IMG/VR virus record: IMGVR_UViG_2718218399_000013
Length of the DNA: 24,737 nucleotides
From: a virus
Lineage: Duplodnaviria; Heunggongvirae; Uroviricota; Caudoviricetes
Reading direction: 5' to 3' (one strand)
In this document: in pieces, positions 1 to 8,955 of the stretch
How positions within the stretch are numbered: the first letter of the stretch is position 1
How the letters are laid out: every line of letters starts with the position of its first letter
Program-made: the position numbers and the translations under genes
Notes under the pieces: generated by a model
Databases searched by the model: none
What the model was told of the DNA's origin: nothing
Seen by the model: the letters and a program-made list of their open reading frames with translations, nothing else

Positions 1-116
1 ATGTCTGCACCTGCATTGCCTGATGTCAGAACAGTATTTTGATTAATTGCCAGGGTTACAATGGCACAAATGCGGCACAGGAGGAAACGTGGTGTATTTA
101 AATATGGGGTAACTAC

Positions 117-142
117 TTGATTTAAATGGTGCGATAATAGGA
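117..142. repeat. att-like direct repeat: degenerate copy of the thrW 3' end (127-142, one base missing) plus the 10-nt flank ttgatttaaa that also abuts intact thrW; putative distal boundary of the P4-like element
   Basis: Plus strand 117-142 ttgatttaaatggtgcgataatagga versus 23284-23310 ttgatttaaatggtgccgataatagga; similarity ends at 143. Confidence 0.5.
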
Positions 143-675
143 ACCAATAATCGCCACCAACACAATGATTTTAATACATAAATTAAAATAGAAGATTTAA
201 ACTACACACACCCCTATACACATTGGTGAAGGCGTTCGCTTTCCGCGCATTCTCAAGGCAGAAAAAACTTTTTTTGGGGGAAAACTGTTCATACTACTCA
301 TTGTGTTTTTTTTCATTAATATTCAAAAAGATATGAAATTAACGATTGATAAGAAGTGAACACTTTACTGTTCACCTTGACTGATTAATAAGTGCATAAA
401 AACCTAATTTTTGAGCACGGAAGGTATTTGTTCCTTACCCCATTTTTTCTCTTTAGTCCAGTACAACAAAAAATGCGCCCAACAGAAAACTGTTTTGAAT
501 TTAAATGCAATCGCTTTGTAGTGATTGTAACGTAAGTTGATTTGATGGGTGCGATTTTGTTTAGCGATAATGGTATGTTGTAAAAATCATTTCGTTGCAA
601 TAAAATTGCATCGCTACATTTTATAGACAATATCAATTAAATTTTAATACTCATTATTAATTTTGAGGCTAACAA

Positions 676-1632
676 GTGACTAGTTATTCAAACTTTTCCA
701 ATCAAATAAAAGAAACCATCAATAATAAATTCGATCATGAAATTCATGATTGGGACATTATAAAAAACTCAATCACAACTTTAATAAATAAAAATATCCA
801 TGGTGCAGGTAGAAATATCGTTGATTTTATAGATTTAGGTAACTGGGATTTTATTTCAAACTTTTCCTTTGATGACTCTACAAGAAGACTTGAATTAGAG
901 TGGCACCCCAATGATAAATTCCATATATATATTGAGTCCGTTGTGTTTGTCGAGTTTAATGACACTATATATGCTTTCTTAAAGGGATACTATCACAATC
1001 AGTTATCTCTAAATAGAATATATAATACAAAATGCTCTTCATGTTCATTTGAAAACTCAGGTTCTTATATGGTAGACGTTTATAGAACGGTTAAAAGAGT
1101 AAATGAGACAATCCAGACCCCAAATATAAATTGCTATACTACATGTATTTTAACAAGGCCCGCAAATGGTCATGTTACATCTACAGGCTTCTCACGAAAC
1201 CTCATGGATGCGATAAATATTTCATTAGCAGAGCACAAAATAGCCTCTTTACATAATGAAGTCATGAGTATTGAGGAATATGATCGTGATTCTTTACAAG
1301 AGAAAGGAAATACTGCCAGGAGATATTTAGAATATATTCTCATGCTTGTTAATATTCGTATAATGCATTTAAACAACGTTCAATACCAAGAGCAAATGCT
1401 AGGTAGTTTAGTTTCTGTTATTGAGGCTCTGGACTATGAACCATTAATGAAAAATGATGTTGAAATTACAAAGGACATCCTTAATGCTTGCAGCCACCAC
1501 GGGGGGGTTAGAATTGAAAAGAAAGATGTAATTTTTTCTTTGGAAGTTATTGAAAACTTAATTAAAGCCATAAAGAAAACCGACATAAATAAATTACAAC
1601 TCGATGGGATGTTTAAATCAATTCAAAAATAA
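676..1632 (+). CDS. hypothetical protein, 318 aa; AT-rich cargo gene between the distal att repeat and the alpha gene
   Basis: Long ORF with GTG start and a gagg RBS-like motif about 7 nt upstream; very AT-rich with Asn/Ile/Lys-rich product, contrasting with the GC-richer alpha gene; followed by a hairpin; no recognisable motif. Confidence 0.55.
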   Translation: MTSYSNFSNQIKETINNKFDHEIHDWDIIKNSITTLINKNIHGAGRNIVDFIDLGNWDFISNFSFDDSTRRLELEWHPNDKFHIYIESVVFVEFNDTIYAFLKGYYHNQLSLNRIYNTKCSSCSFENSGSYMVDVYRTVKRVNETIQTPNINCYTTCILTRPANGHVTSTGFSRNLMDAINISLAEHKIASLHNEVMSIEEYDRDSLQEKGNTARRYLEYILMLVNIRIMHLNNVQYQEQMLGSLVSVIEALDYEPLMKNDVEITKDILNACSHHGGVRIEKKDVIFSLEVIENLIKAIKKTDINKLQLDGMFKSIQK

Positions 1633-1736
1633 ACATCATCTAACAATGAATTAGATGCATTTTCCGCTGACGCCTTAGCATATAACTTTTAAATTTTATC
1701 GATATATATTTTGAGATAATTTCCTGTAGCGGATTT

Positions 1737-1757
1737 AAGACCGGCACAGCCGGTCTT
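1737..1757. terminator. putative bidirectional hairpin between convergent orf318 and alpha
   Basis: Perfect inverted repeat aagaccgg-cacag-ccggtctt in the 130-bp gap between two convergent genes; no strong U-tract. Confidence 0.35.
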
Positions 1758-1764
1758 AGGTCAG

Positions 1765-4098
1765 TTATTTCGCTGCAAACTCATCGCATTTTGGCAACCA
1801 GTCAGCATTGCTTTCCTCTCTTAGGGCCAGATTAGTCTGCATTCCTTGATTGGTCCGTCGTTTCTCATACTGCAGCCCATATTCCTTGAGCATTAACGGT
1901 AGCCCCTTGCCAAACATGGTCAGACTGAGCGTATTTTTATAGCCGTTAGCCTCCATGTAGACCAGATAGGCATGGTAGAGGTAAGTTCGAGGCTGACGTG
2001 GAACAATATTAGCGTTCCCCATAAACATGCCCGTGGTGTCAGGTAGGACCTCAAGGTAGCCGCAAAAATCAAAAGCTGAATCAGCATCACGTTTGATGGT
2101 GAGCGCTTCATCGGAGTTCTGCTGTGACTGAAGCAATGTCCTGGCACTCATTGGGTCGCTGAAACGCTGCATAAGCTGGCGAACAATCACCGCTAGCTCA
2201 CTGGCAATTTTCTCTTTGAGCTGGGTATCGCGTTCCTCCGGGGCTATCTGGTCGGGGAAATGCAGGATCACCCTTCGGCGTGAAACTCCACCACTACGAT
2301 CAGTGAAGCGCATCGGATTATTGTTCACAGCCAGGATGACCGCCGGGATGTGGGTTGAATAGGCGTTCTGATATTTGGGATCAACGGATACCGCATCGCC
2401 GCCAGTGATGGCTTTTAGTCCGGCCCCGTCACCGCTCCACTTTTCCTGGTCGGGAAGTCGAATCAGTGAAAAACCTATTAACGCAGCTCGTTCTCTTGGC
2501 GACTCAAGCATTTCAATGGTTGCCGAGGTCGCGTTATCTTCACCCGCCAGCATGGTTGCTATTTCAGCAAGAATACTCTTTCCACTTCCGCCAGGGCCAG
2601 TGACCTCCAGAAACAGCTGCCAGTCATAACGGTTAGCCAGCACCATAAACAATGCAGCCAGAATAATGTCCCGTTTTTCAGGATTAAAACCTGCGGCACG
2701 ATCCAGCCAGCGCCAGAATGCCGGGGCATGGGTTTCCAGTGACTCACCGTCAACGGGCTGCGTGTAATCCACCTCGCACAGCGTACGTAACCAGTGCTTC
2801 TTATCGTGCGGGCTGAACAATCCTGTCCGGGTATCGAGCACACCGTTGCGAAATCCGATAAGTTGCCGCGCCGGATTCTGCTGTTGCGGAACGATCAGTT
2901 TGAGGGTTTCCACGAGAGACGCAATTTTCGCGGATGAAAAAGGTGCGTCGAGGCGCTGAAACAGCGCAGCGACATCACGGGCAAAATCGGCGTAATAGAT
3001 AACTTTCCAGGCCCCCGCCTCATAGCGTGAAAGGAGCTGCCCGTTCGGGTCTACTGCCAGTGAATTTTTATAGTGATCCACTACCCTCTGCGCTTTTTCG
3101 CTGACGCTCAGCGCGGTAAATTCAGCTTCGCTCATTGTGTCGAAGGGGCTGGCAACAGCTGGTTTTATTACTTCATGAATTGCATGCCGGGTGGCTTCTT
3201 CGCCGTTTTGCGTGAATGCATCGTTCCAGTCACCAAACACAGGCGGGAGCGCCATTGTGCAATTGCAGGCCCCGGTAACAGCTGCGCCCCTTGTTTGCCC
3301 CGCACCGTTGAGATCGCGGTCAGCAGCAATAATTATCTGGTGCGTTGGGTACTCACTGCAGGCAATGCTCGCCAGGGAAAGGAAATTGACGGACGAAAAG
3401 GCCACCATGACAGCATCGCCAGTCAGATAGTTGATAGTAAGTGCGGTGGCATATCCTTCCGCTATCCAGAGCCGTTTGGCTGCTTTGGCAGTACCTTCAA
3501 CCAGGTAAAAGGCATTCTTAACCTGACCGCCTTTAAGGAAGCATTTGCCCCCATTAGCGTTGATTAACTGCAGATTTACCAGCTCTCCATCTGCATACAA
3601 TGGAACGACAAGATCTCCCGCGCGAAATGCCACACCACCGACTTTATGCATAGCGGTTAATTCCCGGCAAGGCAGTGCAGGAAACCCTTTACTCGTCAGA
3701 TAGGCATTGCCAGTGGTCTGGCGGGACTTATCAAACAAACGGGCAGCCAGCACTGCTGCAGCTTTTCTCCCGTCCTCTTTTTCAGGAGAACCAGATTCAA
3801 GCATTCCCTGAGATACTGGCAGCAGGTTTCCGATAATGCCGTTTATTCTGTCTGCCGCTTCACTAATGCCTACATCCAGTACTTTACTTACAAGCGCCAG
3901 GCCATCACCTGCCCCGCACTGGTTACAGAACCACGTTCCCCGCCCTTCCTGGTCATCAAATCGAAAGCGGTCTTTCCCGGCACAGACCGGGCAGGGCTGG
4001 TGCCGATTTTTCAGTACATTTACGCCCAGCGCAGGTAAAATTCTTGACCAGTGACCCCGAGCTGCTTTCTCAGCCTGGCTAACTTTCATTCCTGACAT
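1765..4098 (-). CDS. P4 alpha-type primase-helicase (zinc-binding primase, TOPRIM, D5-like helicase), 777 aa
   Basis: N-terminal CPVCAGKDRFRFDDQEGRGTWFCNQCG zinc motif, Walker A GPGGSGKS, 777 aa from the ATG at 4098 with RBS aaggagg 9 nt upstream (the ORF track's 4155 start adds a 19-aa extension without RBS); satellite-phage gene context. Confidence 0.85.
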   Translation of the reverse strand: MSGMKVSQAEKAARGHWSRILPALGVNVLKNRHQPCPVCAGKDRFRFDDQEGRGTWFCNQCGAGDGLALVSKVLDVGISEAADRINGIIGNLLPVSQGMLESGSPEKEDGRKAAAVLAARLFDKSRQTTGNAYLTSKGFPALPCRELTAMHKVGGVAFRAGDLVVPLYADGELVNLQLINANGGKCFLKGGQVKNAFYLVEGTAKAAKRLWIAEGYATALTINYLTGDAVMVAFSSVNFLSLASIACSEYPTHQIIIAADRDLNGAGQTRGAAVTGACNCTMALPPVFGDWNDAFTQNGEEATRHAIHEVIKPAVASPFDTMSEAEFTALSVSEKAQRVVDHYKNSLAVDPNGQLLSRYEAGAWKVIYYADFARDVAALFQRLDAPFSSAKIASLVETLKLIVPQQQNPARQLIGFRNGVLDTRTGLFSPHDKKHWLRTLCEVDYTQPVDGESLETHAPAFWRWLDRAAGFNPEKRDIILAALFMVLANRYDWQLFLEVTGPGGSGKSILAEIATMLAGEDNATSATIEMLESPRERAALIGFSLIRLPDQEKWSGDGAGLKAITGGDAVSVDPKYQNAYSTHIPAVILAVNNNPMRFTDRSGGVSRRRVILHFPDQIAPEERDTQLKEKIASELAVIVRQLMQRFSDPMSARTLLQSQQNSDEALTIKRDADSAFDFCGYLEVLPDTTGMFMGNANIVPRQPRTYLYHAYLVYMEANGYKNTLSLTMFGKGLPLMLKEYGLQYEKRRTNQGMQTNLALREESNADWLPKCDEFAAK

Positions 4099-4111
4099 TG
4101 TGCGGCCCTCC

Positions 4112-4435
4112 TTAGTGCAGCGCTGGTTTGTTGAGGTGACGGGAACAAAGTTCATCCATGACCGTCATTCCGAGCAGTGAGAGAACCGGACAGGCTTTAA
4201 GCGGCCCCGACTCCATCAGATCCGAAAGCAACGCGCAGGCAATTTCCAGCCCTCTTTGCTGCCCATGCTGGCGCAGATAGAACCCTTCCAGCTCGCGGGC
4301 TATGGCATCTTCAAGTTCAGCGAGCGTCAGGCCGGAATAACGTTCCTGATGATTGCTTAGAGCCAGCCAGGCACAGGCAACGGCACGGCGATACAGAGCG
4401 GCACGAAGTGCCAGAAGAGATTCACAGCATATCAT
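4112..4435 (-). CDS. small protein (107 aa) immediately upstream of alpha; position of P4 left-operon accessory genes (Cnr-like position)
   Basis: ORF translationally coupled to neighbours (1-nt overlap with the upstream ORF, 13-nt gap to alpha containing the alpha RBS); GC-rich like the P4-like core; function not recognisable. Confidence 0.5.
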   Translation of the reverse strand: MICCESLLALRAALYRRAVACAWLALSNHQERYSGLTLAELEDAIARELEGFYLRQHGQQRGLEIACALLSDLMESGPLKACPVLSLLGMTVMDELCSRHLNKPALH

Positions 4436-4656
4436 CAGGCCACCTCCGCATTCATCAGGTCGTCATGGCAGCGTTGCACCACTCCATCCAGTTGCTCTGT
4501 CATCAGATAAATGAGGGAAACCAGTTGTTCGCATTGGGCACCTGCTGGCTTTTCATAACAGTCCTGCAGGGCTGCCATGCCAGTTACATACTCACCCACA
4601 TTGCGTAAATGTTTCAGCCTTACAACATCGTCGTAGGAAATCTCAAACTGGTTCAT
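4435..4656 (-). CDS. small protein (73 aa), P4-like left operon
   Basis: ORF with 4-nt start/stop overlap to the upstream ORF and 1-nt overlap to the downstream ORF; acidic small protein. Confidence 0.45.
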   Translation of the reverse strand: MNQFEISYDDVVRLKHLRNVGEYVTGMAALQDCYEKPAGAQCEQLVSLIYLMTEQLDGVVQRCHDDLMNAEVA

Positions 4657-4847
4657 AGCGTCACCTCCCCGGCAGGCAGCCGTGCAGAAAGGGAGAGTAC
4701 ATAATCTCGGACTAGCAAACGGCGCGCGGAACGCTCATCGCAGGAGACAGTGCGAAGCATACAGATGCGGGGGTGAGTGTCAGCACGGCGGATTGCGGCA
4801 AACACAAAGACATATTGCGGGTGTGACGGGGTGAGGATTGTAGCCAT
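4653..4847 (-). CDS. small protein (64 aa); only the 3' part of the 185-aa track ORF is likely coding
   Basis: ATG at 4847 preceded by GGAGG (4856-4860, 8-nt spacing); the upstream 120 codons of the track ORF translate to low-complexity sequence over a GC-rich repeat region. Confidence 0.4.
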   Translation of the reverse strand: MATILTPSHPQYVFVFAAIRRADTHPRICMLRTVSCDERSARRLLVRDYVLSLSARLPAGEVTL

Positions 4848-5206
4848 GATGGCAGCCTCCAATAAGTAGCGGTTATTGCTACCACCGGAAACGCCAATTT
4901 CACTGGTGGCAGCCCGAACGGGGTTGGCGTAACCGGCCTTATTGGAAACCGGCCAGCCCGAAGGCTGCCCCGCCCGGACTACCATTATCTCGATAGAACC
5001 ATGGTGTAAGCATAAACACCACAGCCCTGAAAATGGTTGTGCCTGAGCTACGACGTAAAAAAAGACGCAAGGGGCGTCAATTGTCGCCAATAAGTTATAC
5101 GGAACGCCAATTCCGGCTGCCGATTTTGCGACAGCGGAAAAACTATACCTGGAAATGACGACAGTAAGCAAGCCAGAATAAAGGTATTTAATGTATGCAG
5201 GTATCA
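4848..5206 (-). ncRNA. candidate structured non-coding leader or immunity-RNA region of the P4-like left operon
   Basis: About 360 nt without a convincing ORF between the AlpA/Vis-like gene and the first small ORF; GC-rich direct repeats cagcccgaa (4910-4918, 4954-4962) and aaccggcc (4931-4938, 4947-4954) plus local hairpins (cagcc-cgaa-ggctg); P4 places its RNA-based immunity determinant at this position. Confidence 0.25.
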
Positions 5207-5467
5207 TCATGCATCACATCCCCGCCCACGGGCGCTGATGCGGTCCGCCATCCATGCGCTGACCTCAGACTGTGCCCAGGCGACATTTTTACCGCCAAGC
5301 GGGATCTGCTTCGGAAACGCATCGCGGCTGATCAGGTCGTAAACGGTCGAACGGGACAACCCGCATAAGTGCATCACCTCAGGCAGGCGTAAAAATCGCT
5401 CATGATGGTTCGATACAGGAAATAATGGCGCAGCAGGAGCTGGCGCAGACACAGAAATATTACGCAT
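5207..5467 (-). CDS. AlpA/Vis-family small DNA-binding regulator (excisionase-like HTH), 86 aa
   Basis: Motif [48 protein letters not shown] typical of the AlpA/Vis family; RBS gaggg upstream of the ATG at 5467; first gene of the leftward operon. Confidence 0.7.
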   Translation of the reverse strand: MRNISVSAPAPAAPLFPVSNHHERFLRLPEVMHLCGLSRSTVYDLISRDAFPKQIPLGGKNVAWAQSEVSAWMADRISARGRGCDA

Positions 5468-6312
5468 TTATCTACCCTCTTTAATTTCCACAACAGTCCG
5501 GATGAATTTATCCGGGTTCAGGTAGTTCCTTATTATGTGTATATAAACCACCTGCGCACGCATTTTTTATTTAGCGTCACATATTGATTTTATGGAATTT
5601 AAAGCCCGATTAAACCATATAAAATGACATAATAAATACCATGCCTGCGGACTATAAATACAGGAGCATTAATAGGAACTACCATTCACCCAGGGTTTAC
5701 TATCCTATGGGTCATTGCACCTGATAGTGCTAACCCCACCGCCAATACAGCAAGGCAGTACAACTTCTACACGAGGCCTTGCATTGCAGGCCCCAATTTC
5801 CGGGCATATTTTTGAATCGCATCCAACTTATAAACATTGGGCCTGCATAAAAACCTTGATATTAAATAACATCACCTTAAATCGTAAAATATATCCGAAT
5901 GAATCCATAAAGAACCGGACAGATCTAGTTTTATAAAAATCAGTATGAAATGCAACACCATGGCCAGAGGCGAAAATGTTATTCCCCGGCAAAAACATGC
6001 AGTCTATTTATGTGCCTGTTGAATACTCCTGAATAAGGGTGAATAGTGGTGAGGAGCAAAAAACAAATAGCTACGAGGAATAAAAAAACCACCCATTATG
6101 AAAAAATACCATAAATAATTTTATTCCCATGTGAACAGTTATGAACAGTCGATGAATACTGCCATGCCAACCCTTCACCTTATAACCTTCTGTATTACCT
6201 ATTTTTTTTACCTAAGTGAATAGTAGTGAATAGTTAAGGTAAGTCTGAAACAGCCTTAGTTAAACGAGGCCTTTTCTGGCTAGCCAAAAGAGGTCCGGGG
6301 CGGTTCAGTCTT

Positions 6313-6330
6313 TGTCTTGTCGCTCGCACA
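6313..6330 (+). promoter_or_regulatory. TGT-N12-ACA dyad, putative Ogr/Delta-type activator site of the late promoter upstream of the sid-like gene
   Basis: TGTcttgtcgctcgcACA lies about 70-90 bp upstream of the ATG at 6401, matching the P2/P4 late-promoter activator consensus recalled from the literature. Confidence 0.4.
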
Positions 6331-6400
6331 ATGGCGTTCAATGGCAGCTTTGTATGCATCACAGCACAATTGACACCACGACAAACCACTAGGTGCTGAC

Positions 6401-7153
6401 ATGACAATCCCAGAACAGAACAATAACCCGATCGTTGAAATTTCTATCCCTGTTTCGACGCAACAGGCGCTTGAGAAAGTGAATGCCACCAAATCTGCAT
6501 GGCTTGAAGCACGTCGTCAGCAAAAAGCGGCAGCGGATAATATTGCGACAATCCGCCAGCGCCGCGCTGAAATGGAAGCCACGACGAACGCCCTGAATGA
6601 GGAGTGGCGCACGCTATTTCGTGAAAGTCAGGGCGTAGTCTCAAAGGAAATGAAAAAACTGCGCACGGAAATTGCGCTGGGACGAGAAACGCTTGAGGAT
6701 TTTGATGAGCTGCTGGCGGCTCAGGAAAGCGAAAATGCACTTTTGCCGCAGGAGGCTGCGGAATTAGCCGGAAAGTATATCCACGCGCACGACACCCTTG
6801 TGGGTATTCGCGCAAAACAAATCTGGGAAGATTTTATGCAGTCGCATGGAAAAGCACTAATCCAGACACTAAGCCTGCTCAAATCAACAATGGGCAGGGA
6901 AGCCAGCGCAGTTGTCGGTGTGGTGCATTCAGTTAATGACCCGGACACACTGCTGAAAGATTTTATTCATAAACATATCACCAGACCGGCTCTGACTAAC
7001 GATGCGATGCCCGAACAGGACCCCGTGTTTAAACTGGCGGGAGTTGCCCCGGATTATGCGGCCCGTCTGGATTTCAGTAATAAACTCTCTCCAGCAGCTA
7101 TGCATAAAATGAAGGTTCGTCAGGAACGTGCTGAGAAGGAGAAAGCAGTATGA
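6401..7153 (+). CDS. first gene of the satellite late operon, 250 aa; Sid-like (capsid size determination) by position and size
   Basis: ORF with ATG start downstream of the TGT-N12-ACA dyad; charged, helix-rich composition; stop overlaps the next gene start (ATGA); assignment positional only. Confidence 0.55.
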   Translation: MTIPEQNNNPIVEISIPVSTQQALEKVNATKSAWLEARRQQKAAADNIATIRQRRAEMEATTNALNEEWRTLFRESQGVVSKEMKKLRTEIALGRETLEDFDELLAAQESENALLPQEAAELAGKYIHAHDTLVGIRAKQIWEDFMQSHGKALIQTLSLLKSTMGREASAVVGVVHSVNDPDTLLKDFIHKHITRPALTNDAMPEQDPVFKLAGVAPDYAARLDFSNKLSPAAMHKMKVRQERAEKEKAV

Positions 7154-7701
7154 TGGCCCGAGTCACTCCAGACCAAGCGCTTATCAGTTTTAGAAATGCC
7201 CGTATTCTGTGGGCTGGACATAGTGAGAGCCGAAAAGCCGTTGAACAACAGATAGAATCACTCCTCACTGCCATGGAAAAACCAGCAGATTATGCTCGAC
7301 AGCTCGAATTACAGCGGGAACATCTGGATGTGCTGAAATGGCAAATTAACTGTGCTGCGCGCGAATGCATTTACTCGCAGCATCAACTGATGGAGGCCTG
7401 CACAGAAGACGCTCTCAGCAATTTTATGCAGGCGAATGGAGCAGCCCTGACATCTGCACTGGCTCCGTTCCTGAAGGGGCGCGGAGGGGTTGACGTTGCG
7501 TCCCGTATATTACGCAATGCTCTGGTTCGCCAGCTGGCAATAACACCGCCTGAAATTGCCGGGGATTATCGTATGATTCTGGATGAATCCGGTGTGATGC
7601 CTGACCCCATGATGGTTCGTGATTGCCAGAGCTCTTACACCCCTGCACAACAACTGCGCTTTCAGCAACGTCTGGATTACATTAACGGCATGCAGGAGTA
7701 A
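7150..7701 (+). CDS. Psu-like protein, 183 aa
   Basis: Translationally coupled to the upstream gene; size and segments such as KWQINCAARECIYSQHQ and FMQANGAALTSALAPFLKG resemble my recollection of P4 Psu; not verified by alignment. Confidence 0.5.
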   Translation: MMARVTPDQALISFRNARILWAGHSESRKAVEQQIESLLTAMEKPADYARQLELQREHLDVLKWQINCAARECIYSQHQLMEACTEDALSNFMQANGAALTSALAPFLKGRGGVDVASRILRNALVRQLAITPPEIAGDYRMILDESGVMPDPMMVRDCQSSYTPAQQLRFQQRLDYINGMQE

Positions 7702-7706
7702 TATTA

Positions 7707-7979
7707 ATGGCACTTAAATGTCCCGAATGCGGTACGACGGCACACGCCAGAACCTCCGCCTATGAAGCACCATCGGTTAAACGCTCATGGTATCAGTGCC
7801 AGAATCTTGAATGTTCCTACACATTTACCGCACTGGAAAGTGTGGATACGATAATCATGAAGCCCCGGCGCAATGAACAGGAATCAGAGAAAGCACAAAT
7901 GCCGGAAAAACAACAGCAAACTCTCAATCGCTATGGCTCCGCGTCAAAGCTGTCAAGCCGTCAGCAAATTCCTGTCTGA
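7707..7979 (+). CDS. Ogr/Delta-family zinc-finger late transcriptional activator, 90 aa
   Basis: N-terminal CPECGTTAHARTS ... YQCQNLECSYTF matches the Ogr/Delta C-x2-C ... C-x4-C zinc finger; RBS aggag upstream of the ATG. Confidence 0.8.
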   Translation: MALKCPECGTTAHARTSAYEAPSVKRSWYQCQNLECSYTFTALESVDTIIMKPRRNEQESEKAQMPEKQQQTLNRYGSASKLSSRQQIPV

Positions 7980-7999
7980 TTAGCAAAAAAAGCCCACGT

Positions 8000-8026
8000 A
8001 ATCCCGGTCCAGTACTGGGATTTTTT
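8000..8026 (+). terminator. rho-independent terminator after the late operon
   Basis: aatccc-ggtccagtact-gggatt hairpin followed by TTTTTT directly after the delta stop codon. Confidence 0.5.
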
Positions 8027-8175
8027 ACGCCTTTTCCCTGGCTGGCCTGAGAGCGCATGAGTGCATGTCTATAGCGCATGAAAACGCATGATTCTCATGC
8101 ACCATTTTTGACGCGAAAGCCCTTGTGTGGTGGCTTCTGAGACGATTTGCGGAATGCATGAAAACCAGTCTGTTA

Positions 8176-8215
8176 AGCGAAGCGAGCAGGCGTGGGGGGC
8201 TGCGCGCGCTAAGGG
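8176..8215. other. possible cos-like GC-rich segment of the satellite
   Basis: gcgaagcgagcaggcgtggggggctgcgcgcgc loosely resembles the P2/P4 cohesive-end region as I recall it and sits between the late operon and the cargo/int genes, where P4 has cos; weak. Confidence 0.25.
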
Positions 8216-8388
8216 GTTAGATTATAAAATATCAAACGCCGGTGAGATCCATTATTGTGGAACCACCCGAAGGAAGTGTAGAGGCGAAAGTACCCAAAAT
8301 AATTTTGCAAATTATTTAGAAATGAACTGAGCGCTCGAAACGAAATATAATTTCGAGCACCCCAATTAGCAGTTATATTTTTAATGTA

Positions 8389-8955
8389 TTAAACAGGATA
8401 AAAACCAGAGCTTCCATTCTTATTTAAGTTATGGATTTTATTTGCATCATTAATTTTTATTTGGAACGTCGGACCTTTATTCTCAAGAATTACAATCTGG
8501 AAATTATAGTCCCTTTTGATTAATGCGTGATAAAATGAATCACTGAGACTGACGCTATTAACATCCGATAGAGAACCCCCTCTATCTTTATCAAAGTGCG
8601 TCACTAATGGACTATCAAGCACAACAAATCCAATGAATGGATTCCCTTTTCTTGATAAAAATTCCGCAAAGCAAATGGTAAATATAGCATGCATTACTGC
8701 ACGGGTACCTTTACCAAACATTCCTCGGCGTTTCCCATTGATATTAAAGTCATATGTATCTTCGTCAAATCGCACTTTGTTATCTTTAGAATTTTCAAAA
8801 TTTATATCATTCAAAAAGTCTTGCATCGCTATTTCTATATCATACAAATCAGCTACTGTTAAGGAGTCAAAGTCCTCGGCGGAGTATTTAAGTTCGTCAA
8901 CATCATCTTCTTTATCTTGTAATGAAGATAGAATGCTATGTTTTGTGTGATCCAT
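8389..8955 (-). CDS. C-terminal ABC-ATPase head fragment (Walker B / D-loop region), 188 aa; third piece of an SMC/Rad50-like ATPase
   Basis: FGKGTRAVMHAIF (degenerate signature-like) about 20 aa before GFVVLDSPL (Walker-B-like); start ATG overlaps the upstream stop as TAATG; AT-rich. Confidence 0.5.
   Translation of the reverse strand: MDHTKHSILSSLQDKEDDVDELKYSAEDFDSLTVADLYDIEIAMQDFLNDINFENSKDNKVRFDEDTYDFNINGKRRGMFGKGTRAVMHAIFTICFAEFLSRKGNPFIGFVVLDSPLVTHFDKDRGGSLSDVNSVSLSDSFYHALIKRDYNFQIVILENKGPTFQIKINDANKIHNLNKNGSSGFYPV

Noticed and set aside
385-636. 83-aa minus-strand ORF in the AT-rich region upstream of orf318
   Set aside because: Lies in a promoter-like AT-rich stretch with no RBS and low-complexity translation; more likely regulatory DNA. 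A palindrome TGCAAT-aaa-ATTGCA at 596-610 was noted but is too short to call.
744-1376. Antisense ORFs (744-965, 1170-1376) inside orf318
   Set aside because: Fully embedded antisense to a longer ORF in AT-rich sequence; typical spurious frames.
1920-4054. Six ORFs of 72-164 aa within or antisense to the alpha primase-helicase gene
   Set aside because: All lie inside the 777-aa alpha reading frame, which has clear domain motifs; they reflect GC-rich codon bias.
4653-5210. Full 185-aa track ORF spanning the immunity region
   Set aside because: The upstream two-thirds translates to repeat-derived low-complexity sequence without an RBS; only the last 64 codons (RBS-preceded ATG at 4847) were kept as a possible gene.
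5715-6492. Short ORFs (5715-5936, 6280-6492) in the divergent promoter region
   Set aside because: AT-rich intergenic region expected to hold the satellite promoters; no RBS or coding signal.
6444-7713. Antisense ORFs within the sid-like and psu-like genes
   Set aside because: Embedded in opposite frames of well-supported, translationally coupled genes.
8127-8330. 67-aa plus-strand ORF in the cos-like intergenic region
   Set aside because: No RBS; overlaps GC-rich repeat sequence more consistent with a packaging or regulatory site.
8633-8950. 105-aa plus-strand ORF antisense to the ATPase C-terminal ORF
   Set aside because: Antisense within an AT-rich gene; low-complexity Ser/Lys-rich translation.
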